A stretch of 63,974 nucleotides of DNA, filler included, from Malassezia furfur (taxonomy: Eukaryota): NCBI GenBank assembly GCA_052055015.1. It is 5 parts of 5 records of this genome, joined end to end, with 100 filler letters (N's around TTAATTAATTAA, not from the genome) between each part and the next. Parts side by side here need not be neighbours in the genome. Positions count along the whole stretch, not along the records: positions 1 to 13,887 come from JBQJIT010000296.1; 4 more parts are not named here. The stretch is one strand, 5' to 3'. Under the pieces are notes generated by a model, which saw nothing but the letters and a program-made list of their open reading frames with translations, had not been told where the DNA came from and did no database searches. The position numbers and the translations under genes were made by a program. This document shows positions 1 to 12,036 of the stretch, piece by piece (the stretch's first letter is position 1; each line of letters begins with the position of its first letter).

Positions 1-17
1 GGAGGTTGCTCGGGGCG

Positions 18-716
18 ATGAACGTATTTGAGGTGTGTGGGGTAGGCGCCTGACCACAGGAGCAGCGGCTCTACCACACGAGCCAGGAGCGCGAGAACTA
101 CGAGAGCATGGCGACGCTGTTCAGCCTAATCTCGTGCCTGGACTATCTCGAGCGCGCGTACGTGCGCGGCGCCGTGCAGGAGGAGGCGTATACGCCCGCC
201 TGCACGCGCCTCCTCGCGCAGTACAAGACGGTGATCAAGCTGATCACCGACGCCGACAAGCCCGCGCCGTTCCGCTTTGCGGACGTGGGTGCCTTTATGC
301 GGCACTACGATGTACGTGGGCGCACGCGGCTGACACAGATGGACTACCCCGCGGCGGCACACCGCCTATCGCTCGGCGTCCCGGCGACGGTCGAGCATGC
401 GAGTGGCGACGCGCCGAACGCGACACAGGCACAAGTCGTCGCCGAGACGACGCAGTACTTTATCACGCTCATGGACGCCCTCAAGCTCAAGATGCGCGCC
501 AAGGACCAGCTGCACCCGCTGTTGAGCGACCTGCTCACCGCCTATACCAAAGCCGGCACCGACACGAGCGAGACGCGCGCCAAGCTCGTCCACTGGCTCA
601 TCACGCTCAACCAGCTCACAGCGAGCGAGGAGATGAGCGAGACGGACGCGCGCGAGATGCTGTTCGACATTGAGCATGCCTACTCAATGTGGTTCCAGAG
701 TCTACAGGGCACATAG
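18..716 (+). CDS. VPS28: ESCRT-I subunit Vps28
   Basis: Motifs LDYLERAYVR, YTPACTRLLAQYK, FITLMDALKL, RAKDQLHPLL. ATG at 18. 27-nt introns at 33-59 (in-frame stop) and 312-338. Confidence 0.93.
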
Positions 717-722
717 AACTCT

Positions 723-3175
723 CTACGACATGGGCAGCAGCGAGCCGAGCAGCAGGCCCGACACGGGCAGCACGAGGTTGTCGTTCTGCTCAGAGATCCC
801 CTCGATGGCCGACAGCAGCACGGCGACCAGCAGCACATTGGGCATGTAGAGTGGCTCGATCATGCGCACCAGGCGCAGCAGCAGCACAGCTGCCACGACG
901 CTCACAAAGAAGGCAAGCGAGCCCTCGACGGTCTTGGCCGAGCGCGGCCAGTGCAGGCGGCCGTAGCGGCGGCCCACGAGCGACGCACACGAGTCGCCCA
1001 CGCCGAGCAGCACGACGCCAAACTGCAGCAGGAGCGCCGAGCGCGTCTCGAGCCACGTGGCGGCGGCGCACCCAGAGAGGAGGTACAGGTGGCTCAAGAT
1101 GACGAGCCCCGAGTCCTTCGAGTCGAGGAACTGGCTGAGGAAAAAGTGCAGGCTCGCGCCCACGGGGTACACGGCGCAGTAGCGCAGATACTCACCAAAG
1201 ACAAACAGCGCGAACGCCGCGGCAAAGGCCAGGTGCATAAACGCCGGCTGGGGGTCAGTGTCGGCATACGTACATCCCACGCAAGTCCGGGCACAAACAG
1301 GAGCACGGCGAGCATATGGAAGAATTTGCGGCGCACGTTTACGTTCACCGCGAGTGCGGGGCCGAGCGCGGTCGCCTCGTTGTCGGCGCGCGGCGCGGCA
1401 AGGCGCGAGACAGCGGACGTCGCCGCGCGCTGGCTTGCGGAGCGGTTCGGCGGCGTTTGTGACACCGAGTCGCTGCGTGCGCCGCGGCGCTTGATCGCCT
1501 GCGCCTGCACCTGGTCGCCGACCGTGGCGTACTGCCAGACACGGTTCACCATGAGCTGCAGCGAGAGTAGCGCAATGTTGCACAGCACACCCCAGTAGCC
1601 AAGCAGCGCCAGACGCAGCCACCAGTACGGGCCTTGCAGCGTGAAGCGCGCAAAATACAGCCACGGATTGCGCTTCCCTAGCATCCACCACACCCACGGT
1701 CCGAGCGTGCCAAAGACGATCAGCGCCAAAAACACAAAGAAGCCGAGCGCCAGCAGTCGTCGGTGCAGGTTGCGCTTGTCTGGCCAGCGCAGGCGATGCG
1801 TCGGGCGCTGTGCAAGCACGCGCGACAGCGCCAGCAGGGGGCTCAGCACGAGGCCCACGAGCATCATGCCGACGATCAGCGCCAGCTGGTACGCATACAC
1901 GACGCTCGGCGTGCGGTACGCCACGACGAGCTCGGGCGAGGGCGACAGCTTGTACACGGTCAGCAGAATCGCCTCGAGAATGAGCGTCGTGTTGAACGTG
2001 CATGCCATCGACAGCTCGCCCAGCGTAAAGTTTTGCCGCGCGACACGTGTCCAGGCGTACAGACCGAGCTGGAAGAGGACCGCGTCCACAGCGACCTGGG
2101 TGATGGTCAGGTCGCTCAGCAGCACCGACTTCCACCCGAAAAAGCTCAGTACGCCCTTGAGCAGCGCGATGAGCGCCGTGACGCCCATCGCAAACGCAAT
2201 ATAGTAGGCAAACACCGTGCCGCCCGGCATGTTTTCGATCTGAAGGTGCAGGCCTTGGCGCTTGCTCTGCTTGCGGTGCCACGTCGTGCCGAGGATGTGC
2301 ACACCCACCACCAGACCAAACAGCGTATAGACGTCGAGCATCGCACGCCGTCCACGGACCACGTCTTCGGTGCTCTGCGGCACACCAGGCATGGGCAAGA
2401 AACCTGCACGCCACGGGGCGCCGGGCTCGGTACCAAACACAGGAGGCGCGAGCGGGCGCGGCGCATCGCGCGGCACACTGTCTACCAGATACATGCACGC
2501 CAGCAGCGGCATGAGCAGCATCGAGTACAAGGCGTCCGACATGTCTGTCTTTCGCAGATAGCGCACACGTGTCGCCCACACGGTGCACGTCGCGTTCAGG
2601 TGCGTTGTGAAGCATAAAAAGCTCAGCGTCACCAGCAGGCCGATCTCGGGCAGCTTGGCGCGCACGTCGTCGCGGCCCAGCGCGCTCATACGGCGCATCA
2701 CTGCAACCGCCGCAATGAGGAACAGCAGCGCCTCGCTGTACGCGCGCAGGCGCGACTTGACCTCGATACGTACGGGCACGCGCGCCCGCCGTGCGCGCGG
2801 CGTGGACGCGTCCATCAGTTCCTGATCGTCGACCGCCTGCTCGTCGACGTCCGCGCGCATCTGCGCGAGGCCCGCGGGCGCCCCTTGTCGGCGCCCCGAC
2901 GACCGCCGCCGCTCGCCCTTGCGCACATCACTCGAGCTGCTGCTCAGGTCGCGCCGGCTGCTGCGTGGGCGCACGGCGCGTGCGTGGTCGGTGAGCGCGT
3001 CGCAGCTCGCCTCGGCGTCGTTGCCGCTCTCGCCGTACTGCGCCGCGTGCGTTCGCTGCCGCGCAGACGTGGCCGGCGTCCCCGCCTTCTTATAGGCACC
3101 ACCTGTAGCTACGCCTGGGAGCACCGTCGGCACACCCTCGGACGCAGCGTACTCTACGCGGCCCGGTTGCCCCAT
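723..3175 (-). CDS. SEC59: Dolichol kinase (multi-pass membrane protein)
   Basis: Motifs RRKFFH, FLDSKDSGLVILSHLYLLSGC, GVGDSCASLVGRRYG, KTVEGS, QNDNLVLP. A 26-nt intron at 1248-1273 joins ORFs 1094..3175 and 723..2615. Confidence 0.9.
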
Positions 3176-3264
3176 GGAAGGTGTTCCTCGTCCCTGCCAG
3201 CCGTGGGCGTAACCCCCAACGCACGCACCGCGCGATTAATTCCTATAGAGCCACGTGGCGCCTG

Positions 3265-4460
3265 TCAAAACCGCGCCCGCTTGGGGCTACGGTCGCCGTA
3301 GTCCGCCGCCGGCCGGCCATAACCGCTCGTAGCCACGGCCCCGTCGCGGTCTTGGTACACAGGGCGGCCACCACCGCCGCCAAAACCGCCGCCGAAACCG
3401 CCGCCACGCTGGCCCTCGCGCACGAACCGCGGCCGCGCCGAGTCGCGCCCAGCATACCCACGGTCGCGGTCGCGCTCAAAGCCGCGGTCACGATCGCGGT
3501 CGCGGTCGCGGTCACGATCGCGGTCACGCCCAGCATAGCCACTGTCGCGCGCGCCATAGCCGCTGTCTCGTCCCCCGTAGCCGCTGTCGCGCATACCGCC
3601 GCGTCCGCGCCCACGGAACGACGGGCCGCCTCGCCCACGTCCGCTTCCACGCATGCCGCCGCGCGCGTCTGGGTGAGTAGGCGCCACATACATGCATCGG
3701 CCACTGCCTTGATCTTGGGCCGCCGCGACTGGCCACCGAGCCCGCCGCCCAGGCGCTTGGGCTTCCAGTCCTTGACCGTGCGCCCACGCTCGACGTCGAC
3801 CATAATGCGCCGCCCGTCGATGCGAATGCCCTCGGCGCGCGAGTACGCCGCTGGTCGTCAGTGCAGGTCCACGTACTCCGCATATCGCGCTCGCGCTCAA
3901 ACAGGATGAACGCGTAGCCCCGGCTCTTGCCCTCGCGGTCGCGCACGATTTCGATGCGCTCGATCGGGCCGTATCGGTCGAACTCGCGACGCAGCTCACG
4001 CTCGGTCGTCGCATAGGACTGGGGGTCAGAGAGCACATCACGTACCAGCCGCGCAAGGAAGAGTGTCTTGAACGGGTCGCCAACGGCATGGGTATCCTTT
4101 CTGGGGTCGTCTGCGTCGTCAGTGTGCGCTGGGCGTACATTCTGCGCGCATGCGCTTTTGGGTCTCGGCGCGCTGCTTTGCGCGCTCCTCGCGGCGCATC
4201 TCGGTCTGCGTAACGAGCGCGTGCGTGTAGGTTGTGTCGTCCTCGGTCGTCTCGCCGCGGTCGGCTGCCTCCTGCCGCGCGCGCTCGAGGAACGCCGCGA
4301 CACCCTCGAGCGGGCGCACGCGACCGCTCGCGATCTTGTTCGCGGTACGCCGCTGCGGCGGCGCGCTCCAGTCGCGATCCGCGCGCAGCGGCGTCGCGTG
4401 CTCGAGCGGCGCGCGCGCGACAAACAGCCGCAGCATCTGCGGCGGCAGCAGATGGGTCAT
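3265..4460 (-). CDS. SNP1: U1 snRNP 70 kDa protein
   Basis: N-terminus [13 protein letters not shown], then [53 protein letters not shown]-rich tail. Four introns of 23-28 nt (e.g. 4111-4138). Confidence 0.93.
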
Positions 4461-4519
4461 GGTGGTTTCGGCCGAAAGTGATCGGCGGAGGCCACGACGC
4501 GCCTTGCGCACGATCCACG

Positions 4520-5297
4520 ATGGCGTCGCAAGGCACCGGGTACGACCTGTCCGCGAGTACCTACTCGCCGGACGGGCGCATCTTCCAGATCGAGTACGCG
4601 ACCAAGGCGGTCGAGAATGCGGGGACCGCAATCGGGATCCGCACCAAGGACGGCGTCGTGTTTGGCGTCGAGAACCTCGTGCACTCCAAGCTGCTGGTGC
4701 CCGGGTCGAACCGGCGCATCTTTACAGTGGCCGACCACATTGGCATGGTACGCTGCACCACACTTACGCCAGACCTCTGCCGGACTCACCGCGGATGGAA
4801 AGCACCTCGCGGGCCGCGCGCACGACGAGGCCGACAACTTCTTCGACAACTACAAGCAGGCAGTGCCGGTCAAGACGCTCACGGAGCGCGTCGCGCTGTA
4901 CGTCCAGGCGTTCACGCTGTACTCTTCCGTGCGCCCGTTCGGCATTTCGTCCATTCTTGGCGGCGTGGACCGCGAGCGCGGGCCCCAGCTGTTCGTCATC
5001 GAGCCGAGCGGCATGTTCTGGGGCTACCATGGGTGTGCCATCGGCAAGGGCAAGCAGTTTGCCAAGACCGAGATCGAAAAACTCTCGCTGGATACCCTCT
5101 CGATGCGCGAGGCGGTCGAAGAGGTGGCACGCATCATTTACAAGGCGCACGACGACGCCAAGGACAAGGAGTTTGAGCTCCAGCTCTCCTGGATCGGGCC
5201 CGAGTCCAACTTCGAGCACCAGCCAGTGCCGCGCGACCTGCACGACGAGGCGGTGCGCAAGGCACAGCTCGCGCTGGAGGAAGAAATGGAAGATTAG
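4520..5297 (+). CDS. PRE10: 20S proteasome subunit alpha-7 (PSMA3 type)
   Basis: [48 protein letters not shown]. 25-nt intron at 4748-4772. Confidence 0.95.
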
Positions 5298-5317
5298 GTC
5301 TATAGTACGTGGTGCGC

Positions 5318-6589
5318 CTACCGGCTCTCCTCGTCCCGCACCACCAGGGACAACAGCGTGCACAGAAACAGTTCCGATGCCACCAACACCAGCTCGAGCA
5401 TCAGGACAATCACCTGGCTCGTGCGATACAACAAAAACGTAGGGATGGTCAGATGCATCAACCGCAGCTTGAGCTCCATCCGTAGGTGCGTGCGTAGCAG
5501 CAGGCGCAGCCACAGGGGATACGGCTCCCCCGCATTCCGCGGCGGTTGCAGCGTCGAAAACATCCACACCAGCAACGGACGTGGCAGGCTGACCAGCACC
5601 CAGTTCGCGCGCGGCAGATCCTCGCCCGGCGAGGCCCTGGCGTCTTTGCGGCTGATCGCGTGGCCGACCAGCTCACGCGCAACGCCCACGACACGCTCGC
5701 GCATCTCGGTCGAGCGCGGCGCTGAGCGCGATAGGAAGGGTGCGTGCAGCTCAAACGCCAGCTGCAGCGAAAGTCGCATGGGGCGCACCGTCCGCGGCCG
5801 CTCCTCCCACACGAGCACCGGCGGGCGCGGCCGGATCGTGCGCCGAACCTCGTACCCGAGCTCCTCGGCGTACGGTTCGTTCGACGCATGGCCCAAAAAG
5901 AGCCATTCGTTCGACGGCACGCGCCGCAACCGGTCGCTGGCATCCTCGATCTGGCTCTGCAGGCGGTGCAACAGACTCTCCATCGCCTGACGCTTGTCCA
6001 TTGACGGCGTATTTATGTGGAAGGCTGCTCGCCGCGCATTGCGCGACTCGTGGTGCCAGAACTGACGCGAACTCTGCCGCGTAAGCATCCGCTCGTCAAA
6101 GTAGACGTGGCGGTCGCTGGTCGACGGCTCGTCATGCAGCGTCTCGTCGAGTCCGCCCTCGACGTGGTCGTCGCATTCTGGCAGTTCATCGTCGATGGTA
6201 AATGTCTTGCGGGTGGGCTGCTGCAGTAGCCGATGCGACTCGCGATCCAGCGACGAGAGGAGCATGCGCTCCAACTGCGCACGGGCGTCGTTCACCGCTG
6301 AGGATGGCGCAGAGCGTTGCACAGCCACCTCATGGTCGTCGCCGTCTTGCGCGCCATTGGCTACCTTGGTACTGTTCGACGGCACGCTCGAATCCGACGC
6401 GTTCTCGTCCGAGATGGACAGGCTGCTGGTGCCGCGCGCAATCACACCACTTGTGCTCGGCGACGCGGCCGTCGCCGTGACAAGCGCCGGGCTCGTCTGC
6501 TTCGTCGAGGTCAAGAGACCCGGCATGCGCTGGCCACGCTTGCCGCGCGCACCACCACCGGACCCCTTGTTCTTGGACTTCTTCGCCAT
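5318..6589 (-). CDS. Hypothetical protein with low-complexity N-terminus and hydrophobic C-terminal segment
   Basis: Long ORF filling the space between PRE10 and SRC1. ATG of MAKKSK at 6589. No family recognised. Confidence 0.6.
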   Translation of the reverse strand: MAKKSKNKGSGGGARGKRGQRMPGLLTSTKQTSPALVTATAASPSTSGVIARGTSSLSISDENASDSSVPSNSTKVANGAQDGDDHEVAVQRSAPSSAVNDARAQLERMLLSSLDRESHRLLQQPTRKTFTIDDELPECDDHVEGGLDETLHDEPSTSDRHVYFDERMLTRQSSRQFWHHESRNARRAAFHINTPSMDKRQAMESLLHRLQSQIEDASDRLRRVPSNEWLFLGHASNEPYAEELGYEVRRTIRPRPPVLVWEERPRTVRPMRLSLQLAFELHAPFLSRSAPRSTEMRERVVGVARELVGHAISRKDARASPGEDLPRANWVLVSLPRPLLVWMFSTLQPPRNAGEPYPLWLRLLLRTHLRMELKLRLMHLTIPTFLLYRTSQVIVLMLELVLVASELFLCTLLSLVVRDEESR

Positions 6590-6677
6590 GGCACCGACCG
6601 AAACGGTGGACGCGTCCGGCACGTCGGGCTCCTTGCGCAAGGATCGGGCCCGATCGTGAGCCTACGCCCAATCTCTA

Positions 6678-8522
6678 TCAATCTGCGGGGAAAGGTGGAG
6701 GCGCCGCTGCTTCTGGCACGCCGCTCGCGCCGGGAGCGGGCGACGTAGATTCCGAGCGCGCAGCAGACGGCGAGGCACGCGCTTCGACGGGCTTGCGCGG
6801 TGTCGGCGTCGCAAGGGAGGGTGTGCGCCCGACCCATTCCCACACCCGCTGCCACTCGCCATGCCATTCCACCTGCCGCGTGCGCACATTCGCATTTTGC
6901 TCCACGACGCGCGCAACGCGCGCCCACTGCTGCCGCCGCGCGCGCGCATCGGGGTCCGCGTGAAGTAGCTCATCCCGTAGATGCGTCGCAGGTACCTCGC
7001 GTGGACCCTCGCCCACAGCATGTCGCGCCGCCTGCAGCTGCAGATGCTCATAGACTTGCTGCACCTGCTGTGCGACGTGCCGATGCCGCAGTCGCGCCAT
7101 GCGCATACGGCGCACCAGCAAATACATCAGGCTGCACATGCTTACAACCAACGCCACGCGGAATCGGCTCCGCCACACGAGGTTCACCACATACAAACGG
7201 ACCCGGCAACTGATCGGTGCCGCAGCGCGTTCCGACGCAAACCACATCCCGTCCGATTGCGACAGCGACACAAATTCGTCGCGCGCATGCTCTTCTAACC
7301 CAGAGATAGCCATAGCCCATACCGACAAGAATGTCGCCGAATCCACCACATCGTCCGTCCGGTCCAGCAGCGCTGCTTGCACTTCGCGCGCCGGCACCGC
7401 ATAACGGCCCAGACGGTGCACTGGCGCATGCTCATACGATGTAGCACGCCCACACAGCACCTGGCCATGCCAATGCGCAAGGTACTCGACAATCGCATCT
7501 GACAACTCGCTCGCGAGGATAAGCTTGTATGTGTCAGGAACACACTGCGGCGCATGCCATGCAAATGGCGCCACATAGGACACCAGGGGAAGTTGCGCTA
7601 TCCCAGGCACCTCTGCAACGTATTCGCTGTCACATGCCTGCAGTGCGCCGCGCGCACACGCACCATGCTCTGGGCATGGCGTGCAGGCAGGCGAGGAGAG
7701 CGTGCCGCTTCCTGCTGTTGTGCCGTCGCAAAAACCTACAGCCGATGTGCGATGGCAGTAGTAGATCCAAACGGCCGCCGCGGACCACAGAACCCACCGC
7801 AGCAACGAAGCGCGCCAGTTGGCCAGCGCCTCGTGCAGCGAGACGGCAGGCCGGACGTTGTACGGCTGCTCGCGAGGCGCCGGCGCCTTTTCTTTTCGCA
7901 CCGTACGTGCACGAAGCATGTGCACCTGCTCTGGCGTGCGCGAGGGGGTATGTGCAAGCGCAGGTGCCTGGGATGGCGCCGAGCTGGATTTCCGATGCGG
8001 GGTAGCAACGGCCTCCGCCGGGTCCGGCTGGGCTGCGGGGCTTGGGGGCACATCCTCGTCCGATGGCGGGCTTGATTCATGTAGTATGGGATGCTCCGTC
8101 TTAATTTTTGGCGAGCTGGGCGTCCGGGCAGAGGCCGGGGGGGACAAGGATGCCGAAGCCCTGCGCTGGTCGAGCTGGAACGGATTCTCGTCGGCAAATT
8201 TGATCTCTGGTGTCGCAAACACAGGCTGGTCTGCGCCAGTGTGCCTGCGTGGTGTTGCAGTGGGTGTGGCAGATGTTTTCGTCTGCACTGGCTGCGACTT
8301 CCGCGGGGTGCCTACGCGCCGCGCAGGTGTGCGCTTCGGCGGCGCCTCTGCATCATCTTCCTGCGCACCCAGCGTAGGACGCACGTAGGTGTTAAAGGCC
8401 TCGACAAGCTCTGCCTTGCGTGCCCCACTCGGTACCGCGACTTCGTGTGCATGCAGGATGCGGCGCAAGTCGGCAACGCGCAGACTCGCGGCGTCCACCG
8501 CGGCGTCCAAACGCGGGGCCAT
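6678..8522 (-). CDS. SRC1: HEH/LEM-domain inner nuclear membrane protein (Src1/Man1 family)
   Basis: N-terminal HEH domain (LRVADLRRILHAHEV..ARKAELVEAF), two TM segments, luminal CTPCPEHGAC, C-terminal VEQNANVR..WEWVG. Confidence 0.88.
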   Translation of the reverse strand: MAPRLDAAVDAASLRVADLRRILHAHEVAVPSGARKAELVEAFNTYVRPTLGAQEDDAEAPPKRTPARRVGTPRKSQPVQTKTSATPTATPRRHTGADQPVFATPEIKFADENPFQLDQRRASASLSPPASARTPSSPKIKTEHPILHESSPPSDEDVPPSPAAQPDPAEAVATPHRKSSSAPSQAPALAHTPSRTPEQVHMLRARTVRKEKAPAPREQPYNVRPAVSLHEALANWRASLLRWVLWSAAAVWIYYCHRTSAVGFCDGTTAGSGTLSSPACTPCPEHGACARGALQACDSEYVAEVPGIAQLPLVSYVAPFAWHAPQCVPDTYKLILASELSDAIVEYLAHWHGQVLCGRATSYEHAPVHRLGRYAVPAREVQAALLDRTDDVVDSATFLSVWAMAISGLEEHARDEFVSLSQSDGMWFASERAAAPISCRVRLYVVNLVWRSRFRVALVVSMCSLMYLLVRRMRMARLRHRHVAQQVQQVYEHLQLQAARHAVGEGPREVPATHLRDELLHADPDARARRQQWARVARVVEQNANVRTRQVEWHGEWQRVWEWVGRTPSLATPTPRKPVEARASPSAARSESTSPAPGASGVPEAAAPPPFPAD

Positions 8523-8541
8523 TGTGAGGTGGAGGTAGGTG

Positions 8542-9700
8542 CTATGAAGCGGCGCGCTGGGACCAACGAAGGTACGGCGCCGGCGTGGGGCGGCCCAGCA
8601 CTACGAATACATTCCGCAAAGGGTTGGCAAACTGGAACGGAGTTCTCCGCCGCTGTGCTTCGCGTTCTTTTTTGGCAGCGGCGGGCTGCGTCATAAAGTC
8701 GGCCGGAACAAACCAGGACCGTACGGCTGCACTGCACCGCGTCAGATGGCGCAGGCACACATTCGTTTCGAAACAGTCGGTCGCACTTCGCGGCATATCG
8801 TACAGATGGTCCATTGCCTCCAGGCGGATCTGCTCGACCGTGCTGCGGTTCTGGAACAGGAGCCAAGTGTGGTACGTCCATAGGCAGGACACGGGTATCA
8901 ACCAAATCAGCACGATCCAGAAAAACGCCACGCTCGCGGGAGACGTCTTTAGTGCATGCACAAAGCCACGCTTGGCGCGGGGATCACGCGGCACGGCAAG
9001 GTAGTACAGATGCAAGATGCATCCGCTGAGTCCGACAAAACACAGGCCCAGCATGTGGCAGAGCATGCCGTAAAAGGTGGTATAGTTGCGTCGCCCAATG
9101 CATGCATTCAGAAAGACGCAATGGTGATCCAGGCCATCCACACAGTTGTCGCACGAACGACAGTGACTGCACCGGGGCGGTCGGTACACTTGACACGACG
9201 TGCACCAGCGGCTCAGAATTTCCACGTCGGTGCCCTTCTCAGGCACGCCACCGTCGTCCACGCGCTGCAGATGAACTGTGCGGTCCTTGGCGGGCGGGTA
9301 TGGCTCCTCTGTCCCAAACGGCGTGGTCGCCTGCGACTCGCGCTCCGGATGGGGGTCCAAATGGCGCGGGAGGATACCGGGATCACGAAAGGACGTCACA
9401 CTGTATCAGTGAAAACACATACATCATTGCCGCCAATGCGCTCATCCAGAAATATGCGCCCAGCACAATCAGGGCGGGGCTCACGTTCAGCCACAAGTAT
9501 TTGGCCTGCCACGCAAGCCACAACGCCGGCCCCGCGATGAGGAGCGCCAAGGACACTGCAATGATCCACGGGCTCTCTCTGGAGGTCTGCATGTGTCCCC
9601 GCAGCAGGAACCACGTCTGTCCCTCGTGCGTGCGGTACACGCGCTGCGACGCGCTAGGAGTCGGCGGTGCCATCCTCCATACCGGAGAGAACCTCCACAT
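8542..9700 (-). CDS. ERF2: DHHC palmitoyltransferase (Erf2-like)
   Basis: CQVYRPPRCSHCRSCDNCVDGLDHHCVFLNACIGRRNY and DPGILPR. A 22-nt intron at 9401-9422 gives AAMIVTSFRDPG. Start could instead be 9673. Confidence 0.88.
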
Positions 9701-9710
9701 GACTACGGCA

Positions 9711-11294
9711 CTAAAAGGTGGCATTCTCGGCGACCACGCGGCGCTGGTTGTACTTGCCCTTGCCGCCGCCGTGGCGCCGACCCGGCTTGGTCGCCTGCGA
9801 CTTCCTCCCATGGTGCTTTTTCGTCTGGCGTGCCGACTGTGCCTGAGCCGCGGCGACGCGCGAAGCCACCGTCGATGCGTCTAGCACTGGGCGCGTCGAC
9901 ACTCCGTGCGCCTTGCCCCGCTGATGCGGGTCATCACTGTCCTCGCGCTCGTCATCCGATTCGCCTCCAGAGCTCTCTGTCCCCGAATCCGTGGTCTCGT
10001 CACTTGCATTTTCGTCGTCGTCGTCGTCGCACTCGTCCTTCTCCTCCCCTGAGGACAACCGGGTGCTTTCGAGATGCTGGGTGAGTCGTGCACATACCGA
10101 AGCCAGCTCATCAAGACCTTTTTGGTAGCCGCTCGCTTTGGTAATGGCGTCGAGTCGCGGGTCTTCGCGCCCTGCCTCTTTGATTACATCTTCAAACATG
10201 GGGTATTCGTCCGACTCAAAACGGAACCGTTTCTTGAAAAAGCGGCGCACGCAGTCCACGTCACGGTTAAAGTAGTATTCGGCATTCGGGTGCTCAATGC
10301 TCACCATTTGGGGAAAGTCGATCAAAACCGGCTCAACTTGGACGCCGTCTTCGAATGTGATCATTTCGTCGTCTTCGTCGTCGCCGCCGCCCTCTTCATC
10401 CTCCGACTCGCTTGCCTCCTCTGGCCCATCGTGGCCCTCGGGCAGGACAACGCGCTCGAACCCCTTGCCGTGCTCCACAGTTGCACCAGGCACATCCGTA
10501 GCATCGTCCTGTGTCTCTTCCTCCGGCTGCGGCTGTGCAACGGGCTCTTGATTCTCGTATTCGCTCTCTTCCTGCACCTCGCGAATGAGCAAATTGAACT
10601 CGTTAAAGTCGCCGTGAATCAGGCCCGCTTTGGCCAGGCGGACAATCAGCGCCATCAGTGCAGCGTACAGCTTTGCAACTTGGTCCACGGGCATGCCAGA
10701 GATCTGACGAAGGGGGTATGCATCAATGAAGCTCATCACAACCGTATGCCGCGCCTGATCGATTGGCAAGGGCACAGGGAATTGGTGTTCGTACAGCACC
10801 TTCATGAACTCGTACTCCTTCTCCGCCGCGAGGCGGCTCATGTACATCCAGCTCGCGCTTTTGCGGTTGCCCATGTAGTCACGCTTCTCCTTGATCTTGC
10901 GGAAGCTGATGCGGCCTAGGCGGTGCAGCTTGAGGACTCGCGCCTCGCCTTCCTCGTTGGCGACGAGCTGGATATCGCTCTCCTTCCCCACACCAATCCG
11001 CTGTCCGACACTGTAGATCGACTTGCGCTTGCTCAGCGCACGTACAGCCAGGTAGTCGTACCCCCCGTAAGTCAGGCGGAACCCATCGTATGCGTTGTTC
11101 TGCACGCGGGCTACCAGTTTCCGCTTCGCAAGGCTGGCGAGCAGCTTGCTGATACCTGCGTGTCGCAGCGCAGAAATCTGCGCAATGAGGGTCGAAGGTA
11201 CAATCTCGTGGTTTTTTGAGCCCATCTCAACCGCGGTCAGCACCCGGAACTCGTCCGGGGTGATGTAGCGCACATCGGTTGCGTCGAGACGCAT
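9711..11294 (-). CDS. RIO2: RIO2 atypical Ser/Thr kinase
   Basis: FRVLTAVEMGSKNHEIVP, GVGKESDI, LIHGDFNEFN, IDFPQMVS. Probable in-frame 21-nt intron at 10077-10097. Confidence 0.95.
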   Translation of the reverse strand: MRLDATDVRYITPDEFRVLTAVEMGSKNHEIVPSTLIAQISALRHAGISKLLASLAKRKLVARVQNNAYDGFRLTYGGYDYLAVRALSKRKSIYSVGQRIGVGKESDIQLVANEEGEARVLKLHRLGRISFRKIKEKRDYMGNRKSASWMYMSRLAAEKEYEFMKVLYEHQFPVPLPIDQARHTVVMSFIDAYPLRQISGMPVDQVAKLYAALMALIVRLAKAGLIHGDFNEFNLLIREVQEESEYENQEPVAQPQPEEETQDDATDVPGATVEHGKGFERVVLPEGHDGPEEASESEDEEGGGDDEDDEMITFEDGVQVEPVLIDFPQMVSIEHPNAEYYFNRDVDCVRRFFKKRFRFESDEYPMFEDVIKEAGREDPRLDAITKASGYQKGLDELASVCARLTQHLESTRLSSGEEKDECDDDDDENASDETTDSGTESSGGESDDEREDSDDPHQRGKAHGVSTRPVLDASTVASRVAAAQAQSARQTKKHHGRKSQATKPGRRHGGGKGKYNQRRVVAENATF

Positions 11295-11349
11295 GGCGTG
11301 AAGACAGGCACTTTTTTTGGCGCACGCTTCCTCCACACGAGCACTCCCG

Positions 11350-12011
11350 ATGCAGTGGATCCGTGTGGTTGCTGGGGCGCTGTGCGCGGCCGCCGCCGTT
11401 TCGTGCGCGTCGCCGCAGGCTATCTTTCAAGTACAGGGCGAGCCTGGGTCTGATCTGGTGGACCTGATGGTCGACGAGGCCCGCACGCACGGCATTCCGC
11501 TGGACAGTGAGCTGCGCCCCACATCCGCCGAGGCGCAGGGCGGCTCGTTCTCCTGGACGCAGTGTGGCGGCGACAACTTTGCCGTGCGCGTCGAGTCGAT
11601 TGAGCTGACGCCCGAGGCACCCGAACGTGGACGCAACCTGACAGTGCACGGCAAAGGCACGCTTTCCCGCCGGGCCGATGTACGTCGACGCGCTGACCCA
11701 GTTTGGCTCGTTCATTGATGTGAGCGTGCGCGTGGGATTCCTGCGCATCTTCTCGCAGCGCGTGGACATTTGCCGGGCTTTGCGCGAGAATGACGTCGAG
11801 GTGCAGTGCCCCGCCGAGCCGGGCCACTACGATGTCGTCCACACGGTCGAGCTTCCGTCGCAGATTCCGCCAGGTATGTTGCGGCACTGACGCAGCCAAG
11901 TACAGCGTGCACATCGATGGCAAGAACCACGAAGGCTGGCCGCTTGCGTGCATGGACATGACCGTGTCCTTCTCCATGTTCCAGCGCGCGCGCTCGTGGC
12001 TCGGCTGGTAA
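11350..12011 (+). CDS. NPC2: ML-domain PG/PI transfer protein (Npc2-like), secreted
   Basis: Signal peptide, SWTQCG, PEAPERGRNLTV, DIC..VQCP, VELPSQIPPAKY. Two 22-nt introns at 11680-11701 and 11874-11895. Confidence 0.85.
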
Positions 12012-12036
12012 TTTCGTATCTCCACATAGTAACACG

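Noticed and set aside
9383..9422. Frameshifts and premature stops in ERF2, MRE11, BRF1, PRM1, NAA25 and others as pseudogenes or recoding
   Set aside because: Each break coincides with a GT..branch..AG micro-intron whose removal restores the frame.
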